Shown here: in pieces, positions 1 through 7,689 of the stretch
Position numbering within the stretch: position 1 is the stretch's first letter
Layout: each line of letters begins with the position of its first letter
Source: Candidatus Uhrbacteria bacterium
GTDB taxonomy: Bacteria; Patescibacteriota; Patescibacteriia; JACPHY01
Reading direction: 5' to 3'
Length of the DNA: 22,850 nucleotides
Assembly: GCA_043813445.1 (NCBI GenBank)
Contig: JBDRLD010000011.1
Location: 1-22,850, forward strand
Program-made: the position numbers and the translations under genes
The notes under the pieces: generated by a model
What the model saw: only the letters and a program-made list of their open reading frames with translations
Told to the model about the DNA's origin: nothing
Database searches by the model: none

Positions 1-136
1 CTATTGAACGTACGTATTGCTTGCCGACTGTGTCTTTTGCAAAATAGTCCCATGAGCGAACAATGCGCCATACTTCATTCGATAGCTGAAATGCGATGTT
101 GTACGCATTGAGCTTATCGAGCCTCAAATACTCCAT
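1..136 (-). CDS. four-helix-bundle protein (TIGR02436 / 23S rRNA intervening-sequence protein / DGR Avd-like family), partial; gene continues beyond the window start
   Basis: Minus-strand ATG at 134-136. Translation MEYLRLDKLNAYNIAFQLSNEVWRIVRSWDYFAKDTVGKQYVRSI stays open to the window edge. It shares the W..F.K.T.GkQ..RS pattern with the complete copy at 6256-6627. It is missing from the ORF track because it has no stop inside the window. Confidence 0.55.
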   Translation of the reverse strand, partial: MEYLRLDKLNAYNIAFQLSNEVWRIVRSWDYFAKDTVGKQYVRSI

Positions 137-203
137 AGCAATTTGACTATGTGGCAATTTCGCAATATATATGACTACTCTAACAATTTATCAATATGTC
201 AGT

Positions 204-1568
204 TTAACAATTGAATTGTTTTTCAACGATGTCGTGCTCCCCGCGTTTTACATCGAAGCGGCCTATTTCCTGGTCGATGTGGAGGGAGAGTCCTTCATGT
301 GCGAACGTGCGTCCGAGAATGCCTGCGATTTCGTTCGCGACACTTGCAAGCGTCGGATGTACAAAACGAGTTGCGCGTAGCTCAACGAGGTAGACGAGTG
401 CTGGAAGGTTCCCGGTGAGTCGATTCGGTAGGTTGTACCCCATTGCAGTGTAGTACTGTGCGATCTCCGGAGTGGTACCGAGCGCCGCAATCGCAGCTTC
501 TTGGTTTTCGATGAGCTGTTCTGCTTCCGCGCGTAGAGTAATCGGAAGTTCTCCAAGATACCACGGGTGGAATCCGTGGCGCGTGGTGACGAGTGGCATG
601 CGTTGCGTTACCGCGCGGTGACGTTGGATATCTCTGAACGATCCGAAATCGAGCATGAATCCGAACTGCATCGTTCCACATTCTGCGAGATATTTTGGAA
701 GATCGGTTTTTGGCGGTCGGTTTGCGAGGATGGCGTGGCTTTCCCCTAGTTGCGTTCGATCGAGATCATTTCTCAGAAGTTGAACACCGTCGTATCGTTC
801 AGCGTCAAAGTAATTTTCTCTCGCGATCCAATCCGCATTATACTGCTCTGTACTTTCATACTTCTTGTGACTGAATGAGCTTGGATAGGCCTCGAGAAGT
901 GCATCTTCGAGCGCCGTTGCAACATCGCGTACTTCCTGAAGCGGATGATGTCGTAGGAGCGCGAGCTTGTCCGCTATTTGTCGTAGGTTCGAGTGCCATG
1001 CGAGGTTCGTCGATGCGCCTGCCGGAAGAAACCCGCGCATGATATCGAACGCACGCGCTCCTATCGCTTTCTCGTAAATAATTTCCTTCTCTTCCTCCTG
1101 CCTTGGGAATCTTTCACGCAACAACCCCTTTACCGGATCAAGCCCTGCAAGATAGAACGAGCGCCAGGCTTCGAGAATCGCCGTTCCGCGTGGTGATGCG
1201 ATTGGATTAAGGAACGCCTGATTTGAGTAGTCCACGTAGCGCGTAGAAGATTCTTGCCCGCTGTACAGCGCCCAGTCCTGAATCGCTTTTGCAACGAGCA
1301 TGGATACACCCTCGATAAATATGGTGATACTCCCACAGTCACCGATAGATTTGTGGCCATACCCAACGTAGAAGCTGGCCATGAATTTTTCCGATCCGCT
1401 CTTTTTGAGTTTTTCAAGATGTTCGGCAACTCCGCCAACCGAGCGCGAATGGAGCGCCTGAAGCATTGCCTCCGACTCGGGACTGATTGCCGCGCCGGTA
1501 TTCAGCACGAGGACTATCCCCCCATTCGGGAGCGTCCGTGTAACGTGGGTGAGTGATTCGAGAGGCAT
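204..1568 (-). CDS. ThyX-like flavin-dependent thymidylate synthase, double-length (tandem pseudo-dimer) form
   Basis: 454 aa ORF. The N-half carries an S..RY-like element (SGQESSTRYVDY) and the C-half carries RHR (FRDIQRHRAVTQR), together resembling a ThyX RHRx7S..RY signature split over two fused domains. No SD upstream of the ATG at 1568. Sits next to dut/dcd/HD-hydrolase genes. Confidence 0.5.
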   Translation of the reverse strand: MPLESLTHVTRTLPNGGIVLVLNTGAAISPESEAMLQALHSRSVGGVAEHLEKLKKSGSEKFMASFYVGYGHKSIGDCGSITIFIEGVSMLVAKAIQDWALYSGQESSTRYVDYSNQAFLNPIASPRGTAILEAWRSFYLAGLDPVKGLLRERFPRQEEEKEIIYEKAIGARAFDIMRGFLPAGASTNLAWHSNLRQIADKLALLRHHPLQEVRDVATALEDALLEAYPSSFSHKKYESTEQYNADWIARENYFDAERYDGVQLLRNDLDRTQLGESHAILANRPPKTDLPKYLAECGTMQFGFMLDFGSFRDIQRHRAVTQRMPLVTTRHGFHPWYLGELPITLRAEAEQLIENQEAAIAALGTTPEIAQYYTAMGYNLPNRLTGNLPALVYLVELRATRFVHPTLASVANEIAGILGRTFAHEGLSLHIDQEIGRFDVKRGEHDIVEKQFNC

Positions 1569-1795
1569 ACGGCGTAGCCGCTATTAATAAGCCCTGGCAT
1601 CTTCCTGGGGCCGGAGGTGTAGCTTATTTTCTTCGCTTCCATAGTACCATGCTCGATGGAGCGGACGAGGACTTGCCAATGTCGATGGGATTGCTACACT
1701 ACGGATATCGTTCATTTGAGTGTTATCCACAGGGTCGTGCAGGGGCCCTTCTACCATAAATCTTGGTTGGGGAGCTGAGATCGGAGGGTGTATCG

Positions 1796-2542
1796 ATGGA
1801 GACGGGGAAGAGCATGCTGGCAACGCTCCAGCAACGATTCGATGCGATCACGCGAGGAATGAAGAGCGTGACGCGATGGAAGCCGTACCCCAATCGTGGA
1901 AGACAGGATGAAGATGTGTGCGAGCATACGGTGCAGCAGACTATGCTCGTACAACTCCTCCTCGTCCTCGAGCGCGAGTACGGGAACATGGATGGGCTCG
2001 ACGGCGAGCGGCTTCTCGGGTGTGCGCTCATGCATGACATGGGCGAGGGATTGATCGGCGATGTTTCCTGGATGGTGAAGCAAGATCCGCGAATTGGTCC
2101 ACTCCTTGAGGAGAAGGAGCGTGAGGCGTTCGATGAGCAGATCGTGAGCGCGGTTCCTGAGGCGGTCGGAATCGAGCTGCGTGGACGGTTTGACATCCAG
2201 CATGAACTTGATACGCGAGCTGGACGATTCTTCAACGCGAGCGAGTTCCTCGGGTATGTGCTCCGAGCGGTATTTGAGCTTCAGAGTGGTGACGAGCAGC
2301 TCGCACGCGAGGTGTTCATTCATCAGTACTTTACACTACTCGACTACGGCAAGGAGTTCGCATCCATCGCGCGGTTCTGTGCGGATCTTGCACCGATCGT
2401 GGAGCCCGTGCTCCTGTCGGATGCTGGGCGAGAGTACGCAGTGCTCTGCGCCGCGCAGAAGCACAAGCCAGAGATTCTCAAGAGACTCGACGCGTTCCGA
2501 AAGAGGCGCAATGGTGGCGCAGAGCATGATTGCACGCTGTAG
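1796..2542 (+). CDS. HD-domain phosphohydrolase, YfbR-like 5'-deoxynucleotidase
   Basis: Shows RW(K)PYPNRGRQDEDVCEHTVQ...HDMGEGLIGDV, an HD motif with the conserved His/Asp spacing of the YfbR family. ATG at 1796 is preceded by GGAGGG at 1783-1788. The ORF-track start at 1763 is an upstream TTG. Confidence 0.6.
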   Translation: METGKSMLATLQQRFDAITRGMKSVTRWKPYPNRGRQDEDVCEHTVQQTMLVQLLLVLEREYGNMDGLDGERLLGCALMHDMGEGLIGDVSWMVKQDPRIGPLLEEKEREAFDEQIVSAVPEAVGIELRGRFDIQHELDTRAGRFFNASEFLGYVLRAVFELQSGDEQLAREVFIHQYFTLLDYGKEFASIARFCADLAPIVEPVLLSDAGREYAVLCAAQKHKPEILKRLDAFRKRRNGGAEHDCTL

Positions 2543-2573
2543 TGTGTAATACCAGCTCGTACATAGAAACGAA

Positions 2574-2604
2574 GAGACGACCACCCGAGGGTGGTCGTCT
2601 TTCA
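2574..2604. terminator. bidirectional rho-independent terminator between convergent genes
   Basis: Perfect hairpin AGACGACCACCC-GAG-GGGTGGTCGTCT followed by TTTC on the plus strand and a T-rich tract on the minus strand. Lies between the HD stop (2542) and the membrane-protein stop (2645). Confidence 0.6.
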
Positions 2605-2644
2605 CGTCTGTGTCGGTGCGCTGTGACGCTATGCGTGCGCCGCG

Positions 2645-3220
2645 CTAGATCACGTGGAGGAATGGGTTGTATGTGCTGTCCGAGAACGTGGACGGCATGT
2701 CCAGCGGCGGCTTGATCGCCGACGTCGTGAGGGCGAGCGCGCCGAGCCCCAACGGAATGAGCGTCGCCCAGTGTCCGCCAGAGTAGTCGTACGCGATGAG
2801 TCCACCCAGGGAGAGGCACTGGTAGACACACAGGTAGAACGCCGGGCTCGGCAGCTTGCTTCGCGCGAGGCGTTTGAAGTTCCAGGATACGACCATAAGT
2901 CCCGCTAACAGCACCAGGAAGGTGCCGAACGCGAGGGATCGTGCAAGTCCTCCCGCAAAAGACTCGTAGACGAATGCGTCGATCCACCAGTCGTGCGCGA
3001 GTGCGGTCGTGAACAGCACTACGCAAGTGGCGAACGGAAGTGCCATTGCGTATAGATCGACGGCAGCTCCGATCAGCAATGCCAGGAAGCAGGCGACGCT
3101 GATCGTGAGCAGCGTCGATTGCAGATTGAGACCGAATGCGAAGCGCATGAGCCCGTATGCGGCGCCAACGGCGAGCGTCGCGCCAAAGGCGTGGCGGGAC
3201 AGCTGTGTGAGCGTGGTCAC
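2645..3220 (-). CDS. polytopic membrane protein of unknown function
   Basis: Very hydrophobic with about six predicted TM helices. GTG start at 3220 is preceded by GAAGGAGG at a 5-nt spacing (minus-strand sequence cgaGAAGGAGGttctaGTG). High GC (~63%) relative to neighbours. Confidence 0.55.
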   Translation of the reverse strand: MTTLTQLSRHAFGATLAVGAAYGLMRFAFGLNLQSTLLTISVACFLALLIGAAVDLYAMALPFATCVVLFTTALAHDWWIDAFVYESFAGGLARSLAFGTFLVLLAGLMVVSWNFKRLARSKLPSPAFYLCVYQCLSLGGLIAYDYSGGHWATLIPLGLGALALTTSAIKPPLDMPSTFSDSTYNPFLHVI

Positions 3221-3260
3221 TAGAACCTCCTTCTCGGGCGTGTGTGAACGAGCTATGGGC

Positions 3261-3289
3261 ACTGTAGCGGGTTTCTTCGGAAAGGTCAA
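3261..3289 (-). promoter_or_regulatory. sigma70-like promoter for the membrane-protein gene
   Basis: Minus strand reads TTGACC, a 17-nt spacer, then TACAGT. It sits about 40 nt upstream of the SD/GTG at 3220. Confidence 0.4.
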
Positions 3290-3292
3290 GGA

Positions 3293-3318
3293 TGAAAATT
3301 ACCCCTAAATCAAGGGGC
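3293..3318 (-). terminator. rho-independent terminator downstream of dut
   Basis: Minus strand reads GCCCCTTGATTTAGGGG followed by TAATTTT. Confidence 0.45.
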
Positions 3319-3351
3319 GATCATCCGCGTGCAACTACCGACCTTTGTCGG

Positions 3352-3798
3352 CTATGTATTCCCCGTGCTTCCGCATCCTCCACGACTTGGCTGTGCGATC
3401 GCGGCATGATTAAGTTCTTGCCATTCGGCGATGTCCACCGCAAGAAACATGCCCTGGCACAACCGCTCCCCGCGTTGAATGGATGCCGGTGCCGTGCCAA
3501 CATTGCGAAGCGCCATGTGGAGCTCATCTTCCGGGCCGCAGTAATCCTGGTCAATCACGCCGATGCCGTTTGCGAGCACCAACCCGCGCTTATGGAGTGA
3601 CGAGCGCGGAGCAATGATAAGCGCGTACCCCGGCGGCGTTTCAACAACAATGTTAGACGGGACGTACGCGATTTCACCTGGCTGGATAATCGCATCCATG
3701 CGTGCGAGCAAATCGAACGCAACCGCTCCCCGCGTTTTATACTCGGGGAGGGGGAGTGTTGGGTCGATCCTACTGATACGCACCTGCATACGAATCAC
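3352..3798 (-). CDS. dut: dUTP diphosphatase (dUTPase)
   Basis: Carries dUTPase motifs (AVAFDL, PRSSLHKRG, GVIDQDYCGPE). GTG start at 3798 overlaps the dcd stop in a GTGA arrangement. An in-frame ATG lies 3 codons downstream. Confidence 0.85.
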   Translation of the reverse strand: MIRMQVRISRIDPTLPLPEYKTRGAVAFDLLARMDAIIQPGEIAYVPSNIVVETPPGYALIIAPRSSLHKRGLVLANGIGVIDQDYCGPEDELHMALRNVGTAPASIQRGERLCQGMFLAVDIAEWQELNHAAIAQPSRGGCGSTGNT

Positions 3799-4931
3799 TC
3801 ACGCACGAGATGTGTCGCCGGGATTGCGCCGAGCTGAACACTTGCGTGACCTACCTCAAGCGGTTGTTTGAAATGCTTTGAAAGTCGCGGGCCGCGCTGG
3901 AGCGCGTAGTTTGATCCAAGCGTGCCGGCGCCATACACCCGCGCTGCCGGCTCGGCGAGCCGCTCAAACACTACCTTGCACACGGGCTGGCCATGTCGCA
4001 GGATGACGTCATTATCCTGCAGGATCATCTCCAGCACAATCGGTGCTGCGGGTATTTCGCCCTCTTTGCCGTATCCGAATCCCGGGTCGCCAAACCCTGC
4101 GTAGTGTGAACGGAATTCACCTTTTGATGGATCGTACGCCGCCATCTCACATGCAAAATTTGGTGGAACGCGGAGACATTCGAGCGTTGAAAGGATATAA
4201 AATTCATCACGTCGGAGAAGTACGTGGCCATCTTTCGGGCGGTGAATCGGCTCGAAGAAATCCGCAGGGTCGTGGTCAAATGCGCGGAAGTCGAGGATGG
4301 TCCCGCCGGATGGACGGCACTTGTATCCCATGACCGATTGGTCAAGATTCACCGTGAGCGTCATGCCACCACGATCATCGAACTCCACACGATCCTTGCC
4401 GATGTGGATGCCGTTGCTCGTATGCAGGAGCGCCACCTCATCGTAGAGTGCTTCGAGTTCCGAGCGTGTGAGCGTGGTGTCCGCGTTGAAGAATCGGATT
4501 TGGTTCAGCGCATCGCCCGTGCTGAGCTTGATGGAGAATGACCGCGGGATGAGGAGCACCCAGAGTGCTCCGCTGTAGCCACGCGGGAGTGTATCAAACC
4601 GAGGCACGCCATCCGCAAGGAGGCGTACCTGGAGATTCACTCGTCCGGTAGAAGATTTGTTGTTTGAGCGCGCGTACGTCGTTGGACCGAGTTCGAGTGT
4701 TTCATTGAGACGCGCAAGAAAAATACCACCACACTCCAGTGGCTTGCCGAGGTCCCAAGGGAAAAGCGAGCCCTCCCGGATGAGATCGTTGATTGATTCA
4801 CCAATACGCGGCAGGAATACCCCCTTCATCTTGTAGATCTCGTCCGAAATCGTGAGATCCAACGAAGACGGTTGCACGCGCGCCGAGTCAGACCCGATGA
4901 TATGGCCCGTCGCGATCATCTGCTCGATCAT
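3795..4931 (-). CDS. dCTP deaminase, long (~370 aa) form
   Basis: N-terminus MIEQMIATGHIIGSDSARVQPSSLDLTI matches the dCTP deaminase start (I.P......VQPSSVDLRLG). Length fits the long DCD family. Start chosen at the ATG at 4931; alternatives are 4955 and GTG 4967. Confidence 0.55.
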   Translation of the reverse strand: MIEQMIATGHIIGSDSARVQPSSLDLTISDEIYKMKGVFLPRIGESINDLIREGSLFPWDLGKPLECGGIFLARLNETLELGPTTYARSNNKSSTGRVNLQVRLLADGVPRFDTLPRGYSGALWVLLIPRSFSIKLSTGDALNQIRFFNADTTLTRSELEALYDEVALLHTSNGIHIGKDRVEFDDRGGMTLTVNLDQSVMGYKCRPSGGTILDFRAFDHDPADFFEPIHRPKDGHVLLRRDEFYILSTLECLRVPPNFACEMAAYDPSKGEFRSHYAGFGDPGFGYGKEGEIPAAPIVLEMILQDNDVILRHGQPVCKVVFERLAEPAARVYGAGTLGSNYALQRGPRLSKHFKQPLEVGHASVQLGAIPATHLVRE

Positions 4932-5030
4932 TTGGTTCGGAAATGCTCCGAGCATATTCTTGTCCACAGTCTACGGTCTACGGCAGGACTACAGCAGCAT
5001 GTGCAGTCTGTGGTCCGAAGACACACACTT

Positions 5031-5711
5031 CTACACCTTCACCTTGATGCCAGGCCCAATGGTCGAGCTGATCACGATGCTCCTTAGGTAGACACCCTTC
5101 GATGAGGCCGGCTTTGCGCGTCGTACCGCGTCGATAAATACCGTGTAGTTCTCAAGTAGTTTCGCGGCGTCCCATGAGACGCGCCCGATTACCTGGTGGA
5201 CGTTCGCAGTGTCATCATTCTTGAAAGCGATCATACCACCCTTCAGTCCCTCAACGATCTCGCGTACATTCTGCGTCACCGTCCCGTTTTTCGGGGATGG
5301 CATGAGTCCGCGCGGGCCGAGAAGCTTCGCAATGGTCGCAAGATCCTTCATGAGATCCGGCGTCGCTACAGTCACATCGAAATCCAGTTTCTCCGTCCTC
5401 TTCAACTCTTCAATAAGTTCCTTACCACCAACGATATCCGCACCGGCCTCTTTTGCCTCAGCTTGCTTCTCGGGGCCTACAAATGCGGCAACGCGTTTCT
5501 GCTTGCCGGTGCCGTGTGGAAGTGTAGCGGTTGTACGAACCTGCTGGTCTCCTTTTCGAGGATCAATTCCAAGGCGAATATGTGCCTCAAGTGCAGCATC
5601 AAATCGAGCGACTGAGGTCTTTTTGACGAGTTCGATCGCCTCCTGAACGCTGTATAGCTTCGTCTTATCGACGAGTTTTGACTTTGCGGCAAGCCGTTTT
5701 CCTTGTGCCAT
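5031..5711 (-). CDS. rplA: 50S ribosomal protein L1
   Basis: MAQGKRLAAKSK...RLGIDPRKGDQQVRTTATLPHGTGK is the canonical L1 sequence. ATG at 5711. The ORF-track upstream extension is judged spurious. Confidence 0.9.
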   Translation of the reverse strand: MAQGKRLAAKSKLVDKTKLYSVQEAIELVKKTSVARFDAALEAHIRLGIDPRKGDQQVRTTATLPHGTGKQKRVAAFVGPEKQAEAKEAGADIVGGKELIEELKRTEKLDFDVTVATPDLMKDLATIAKLLGPRGLMPSPKNGTVTQNVREIVEGLKGGMIAFKNDDTANVHQVIGRVSWDAAKLLENYTVFIDAVRRAKPASSKGVYLRSIVISSTIGPGIKVKV

Positions 5712-5808
5712 AGGTATTCTGTGGTCCTCGCGTCGGTAGCGTTCCGCACCGGCGCTCCCACTTATTATTACGTATAATAAATCGCCCGCAATGTGTCTTT
5801 CCAACCAC

Positions 5809-6234
5809 CTATTCCTCTACGATAACCCCCATTTGTCTCGCGGTTCCGGCAATAATTTTGGCGGCCTGTCCTATGTCGTTCGTATTCAGGTCGGATAGTT
5901 TCTGTTCCGCAATCTTACGAAGTTGCTCCTGGGTGATCTTTCCAACGTGATCTTTGTTCGGCTTGCCGGATCCCTTTTTCAGTTTCAGCTCCTTCTTAAT
6001 GAGTTCGGCTGCCGGCGGAGTCTTGGTGATGAACGTGTATGAACGATCTTCGAACACGGTGATAATAGTCGGGATGATGTCTCCCATGCGATCGGCGGTC
6101 TTCGCATTGAACATCGTACAGAAATCCTGGATCGCGACGCCGTGTTGTCCGAGCGCCGGACCAATCGGAGGAGCGGGATTCGCTTTACCGGCTGGAATCT
6201 GTAGCTTGATGAGTGCCTTGATTTTTTTGGCCAT
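5809..6234 (-). CDS. rplK: 50S ribosomal protein L11
   Basis: [33 protein letters not shown]... is the canonical L11 sequence. Confidence 0.95.
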   Translation of the reverse strand: MAKKIKALIKLQIPAGKANPAPPIGPALGQHGVAIQDFCTMFNAKTADRMGDIIPTIITVFEDRSYTFITKTPPAAELIKKELKLKKGSGKPNKDHVGKITQEQLRKIAEQKLSDLNTNDIGQAAKIIAGTARQMGVIVEE

Positions 6235-6275
6235 AGAACGCTATACGCTAGACGCTTACTGCTGGACGCTTCTTT
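6235..6275. repeat. AGCGT-rich repeat block in the rplK leader; 3' flank of the four-helix-bundle cassette
   Basis: Plus strand reads AGAACGCTATACGCTAGACGCTTACTGCTGGACGCT. CGCTATACGCT(A/G)GACGC recurs at 7485-7501, and as a reverse complement at 7540-7556. Confidence 0.6.
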
Positions 6276-6627
6276 CCTTCAGGGTTTTGATGAATCCGCG
6301 AAGTTTGGCGGCAAGCGCATCTGCTTGATCGTATGTTACTTGAAAAACTGAAATCCTAATGAACTCCTGATCCTTGGCAATATAGAGCGCAGTGACAACC
6401 TCTTCGAGTGACGCCAATGCCATTCTAAGGAAGCGTGCAAATTCTACATCGCTACCTCGGTCACTTCCCTCTGCGATGTTGAGCGCCACAGAGCAGCTTG
6501 CGCGTCTCAGTTGTGAGGTCAGCCCAAAGATTTCATCGCGCGGAAAGTCCCTCGTTATTTCGTAGACACAATTAGTAAACGTTCTTGCAAGCTGCCAAAC
6601 TTCGAATCGTTCGAATCGGAAAGCCAT
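6256..6627 (-). CDS. four-helix-bundle protein (TIGR02436 / 23S rRNA IVS protein / Avd-like)
   Basis: 123 aa. MAFRFERFEVWQLARTF...FGLTSQLRRASCSVALNIAEGS, including the NIAEG core typical of this family. Inserted between rplK and nusG, which are normally adjacent. Confidence 0.75.
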   Translation of the reverse strand: MAFRFERFEVWQLARTFTNCVYEITRDFPRDEIFGLTSQLRRASCSVALNIAEGSDRGSDVEFARFLRMALASLEEVVTALYIAKDQEFIRISVFQVTYDQADALAAKLRGFIKTLKERSVQQ

Positions 6628-6657
6628 AGAGCGTCAAGCGTCTTGCGTCACGCGGGC

Positions 6658-7203
6658 CTAGATCTTCTTAATCTGCAGGAAGTCGAGTTCAACCGGTGTT
6701 TCCCGACCGAACATCGAAATGAGCACTTTCACCTTGCCGCGCGCGTCGTCTATTTCCGAGACCTTCCCTTCGAAGTCCTTGAATGGTCCGTCGCTGATGC
6801 GCACCGGCGCGTCGACGGAGACATCGATTTTGTACTTCGGTTCATCAACACCCATTCGTTGCATGAGCGCGTCGATTTCCTGTTGAGAGACCGGCGTCGG
6901 TGTTGTACCGGTACCGACAAATCCGGTGACACTCGGAGTGTTTCGAACAACGTACCAAGAATCATCGGTAACGACCATCTCGACTAGTACGTATCCCTGG
7001 AAGATTTTCTCTTCTACAACGCGTCGCTTGCCATTGCGGATTTTAATCTTCTTCTCCTTCGGAATGAGCACGTTGAAGATTTTATCTTCCATGCCCATAG
7101 ACTCGATGCGTTGGTTGAGATTATTTGCGACGTTGTCCTCGTAGCCGGAGTACGTGTGTATTACGTACCATCGGCGTCCGATGCTGGAGGTTTGTCGTGC
7201 CAT
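6658..7203 (-). CDS. nusG: transcription termination/antitermination factor NusG
   Basis: RRWYVIHTYSGYEDNVANNL (NGN domain) plus a C-terminal KOW (GPFKDFEGKVSEID). ATG at 7203. Confidence 0.9.
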   Translation of the reverse strand: MARQTSSIGRRWYVIHTYSGYEDNVANNLNQRIESMGMEDKIFNVLIPKEKKIKIRNGKRRVVEEKIFQGYVLVEMVVTDDSWYVVRNTPSVTGFVGTGTTPTPVSQQEIDALMQRMGVDEPKYKIDVSVDAPVRISDGPFKDFEGKVSEIDDARGKVKVLISMFGRETPVELDFLQIKKI

Positions 7204-7245
7204 AGCGCGATGCGCGAGACGTTGCACGCAAAATGCGGAGCAGGT

Positions 7246-7434
7246 CTAGCGAAGCTTAATGTACTGTTCGAAGCCGAGTGTGAAGACATAGTCGGCAATG
7301 CCGATAAATGCGGCAACCCCGAGACTCACACCAATAACCAGCACGGTGTGGCGGGTAAGCTCCTTGCGATTCGGCCAGTGCACCTTCTGGAGCTCCTGAC
7401 GCGATTCTTTGAGATAGGTCTTGAGTTTGGACAT
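7246..7434 (-). CDS. secE: preprotein translocase subunit SecE
   Basis: 62 aa. YLKESRQELQKVHWPNRKEL followed by a single TM helix. Position is immediately upstream of nusG. Confidence 0.8.
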   Translation of the reverse strand: MSKLKTYLKESRQELQKVHWPNRKELTRHTVLVIGVSLGVAAFIGIADYVFTLGFEQYIKLR

Positions 7435-7560
7435 AGGAGAACGCTTTATGCTGGATGCTATACGCTTTACGCTGGGTGCTGTACCGCTATACGCAGGACG
7501 TTTGGTGCTCTACGCTAGATCGATTCAGGATTGGCGAATTGCGTCCAGCGTATAGCGTGT
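7435..7560. repeat. expanded AGCGT/ACGCT repeat array in the secE leader, containing an imperfect inverted repeat
   Basis: Direct repeats: GCTGGATGCTATACGCT, TTACGCTGGGTGCT, CCGCTATACGCAGGACG, CTCTACGCTAG. An inverted copy GCGTCCAGCGTATAGCG at 7540-7556 is the reverse complement of the 7485-7501 unit with 2 mismatches. Confidence 0.6.
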
Positions 7561-7689
7561 CGCGTCCAGCTTGTCGCGTATTTCAAAACAACCCCCGCGG
7601 CGGGGTGGTTCACTACCATTCTGTCAGAGATAGCGGGACTGTCAAGTGGCGTGGGAAATGGGGTACTTTGTGGGTTTTGTTGATTATTC

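Noticed and set aside
171-393. Small plus-strand ORFs (69 and 60 aa) at the 3' end of the ThyX-like gene
   Set aside because: They overlap the C-terminal coding region of the 454-aa minus-strand gene and have no start signals.
4968-5030. Imperfect inverted repeat GGACTACAGCAGC...GCAGTCTGTGGTCC downstream of rplA
   Set aside because: Several mismatches and no adjacent T tract on the minus strand. It may be a weak terminator but is not supportable.
5196-5646. Plus-strand ORFs of 139 and 145 aa antisense to rplA
   Set aside because: They overlap the canonical L1 gene and have low-complexity composition.
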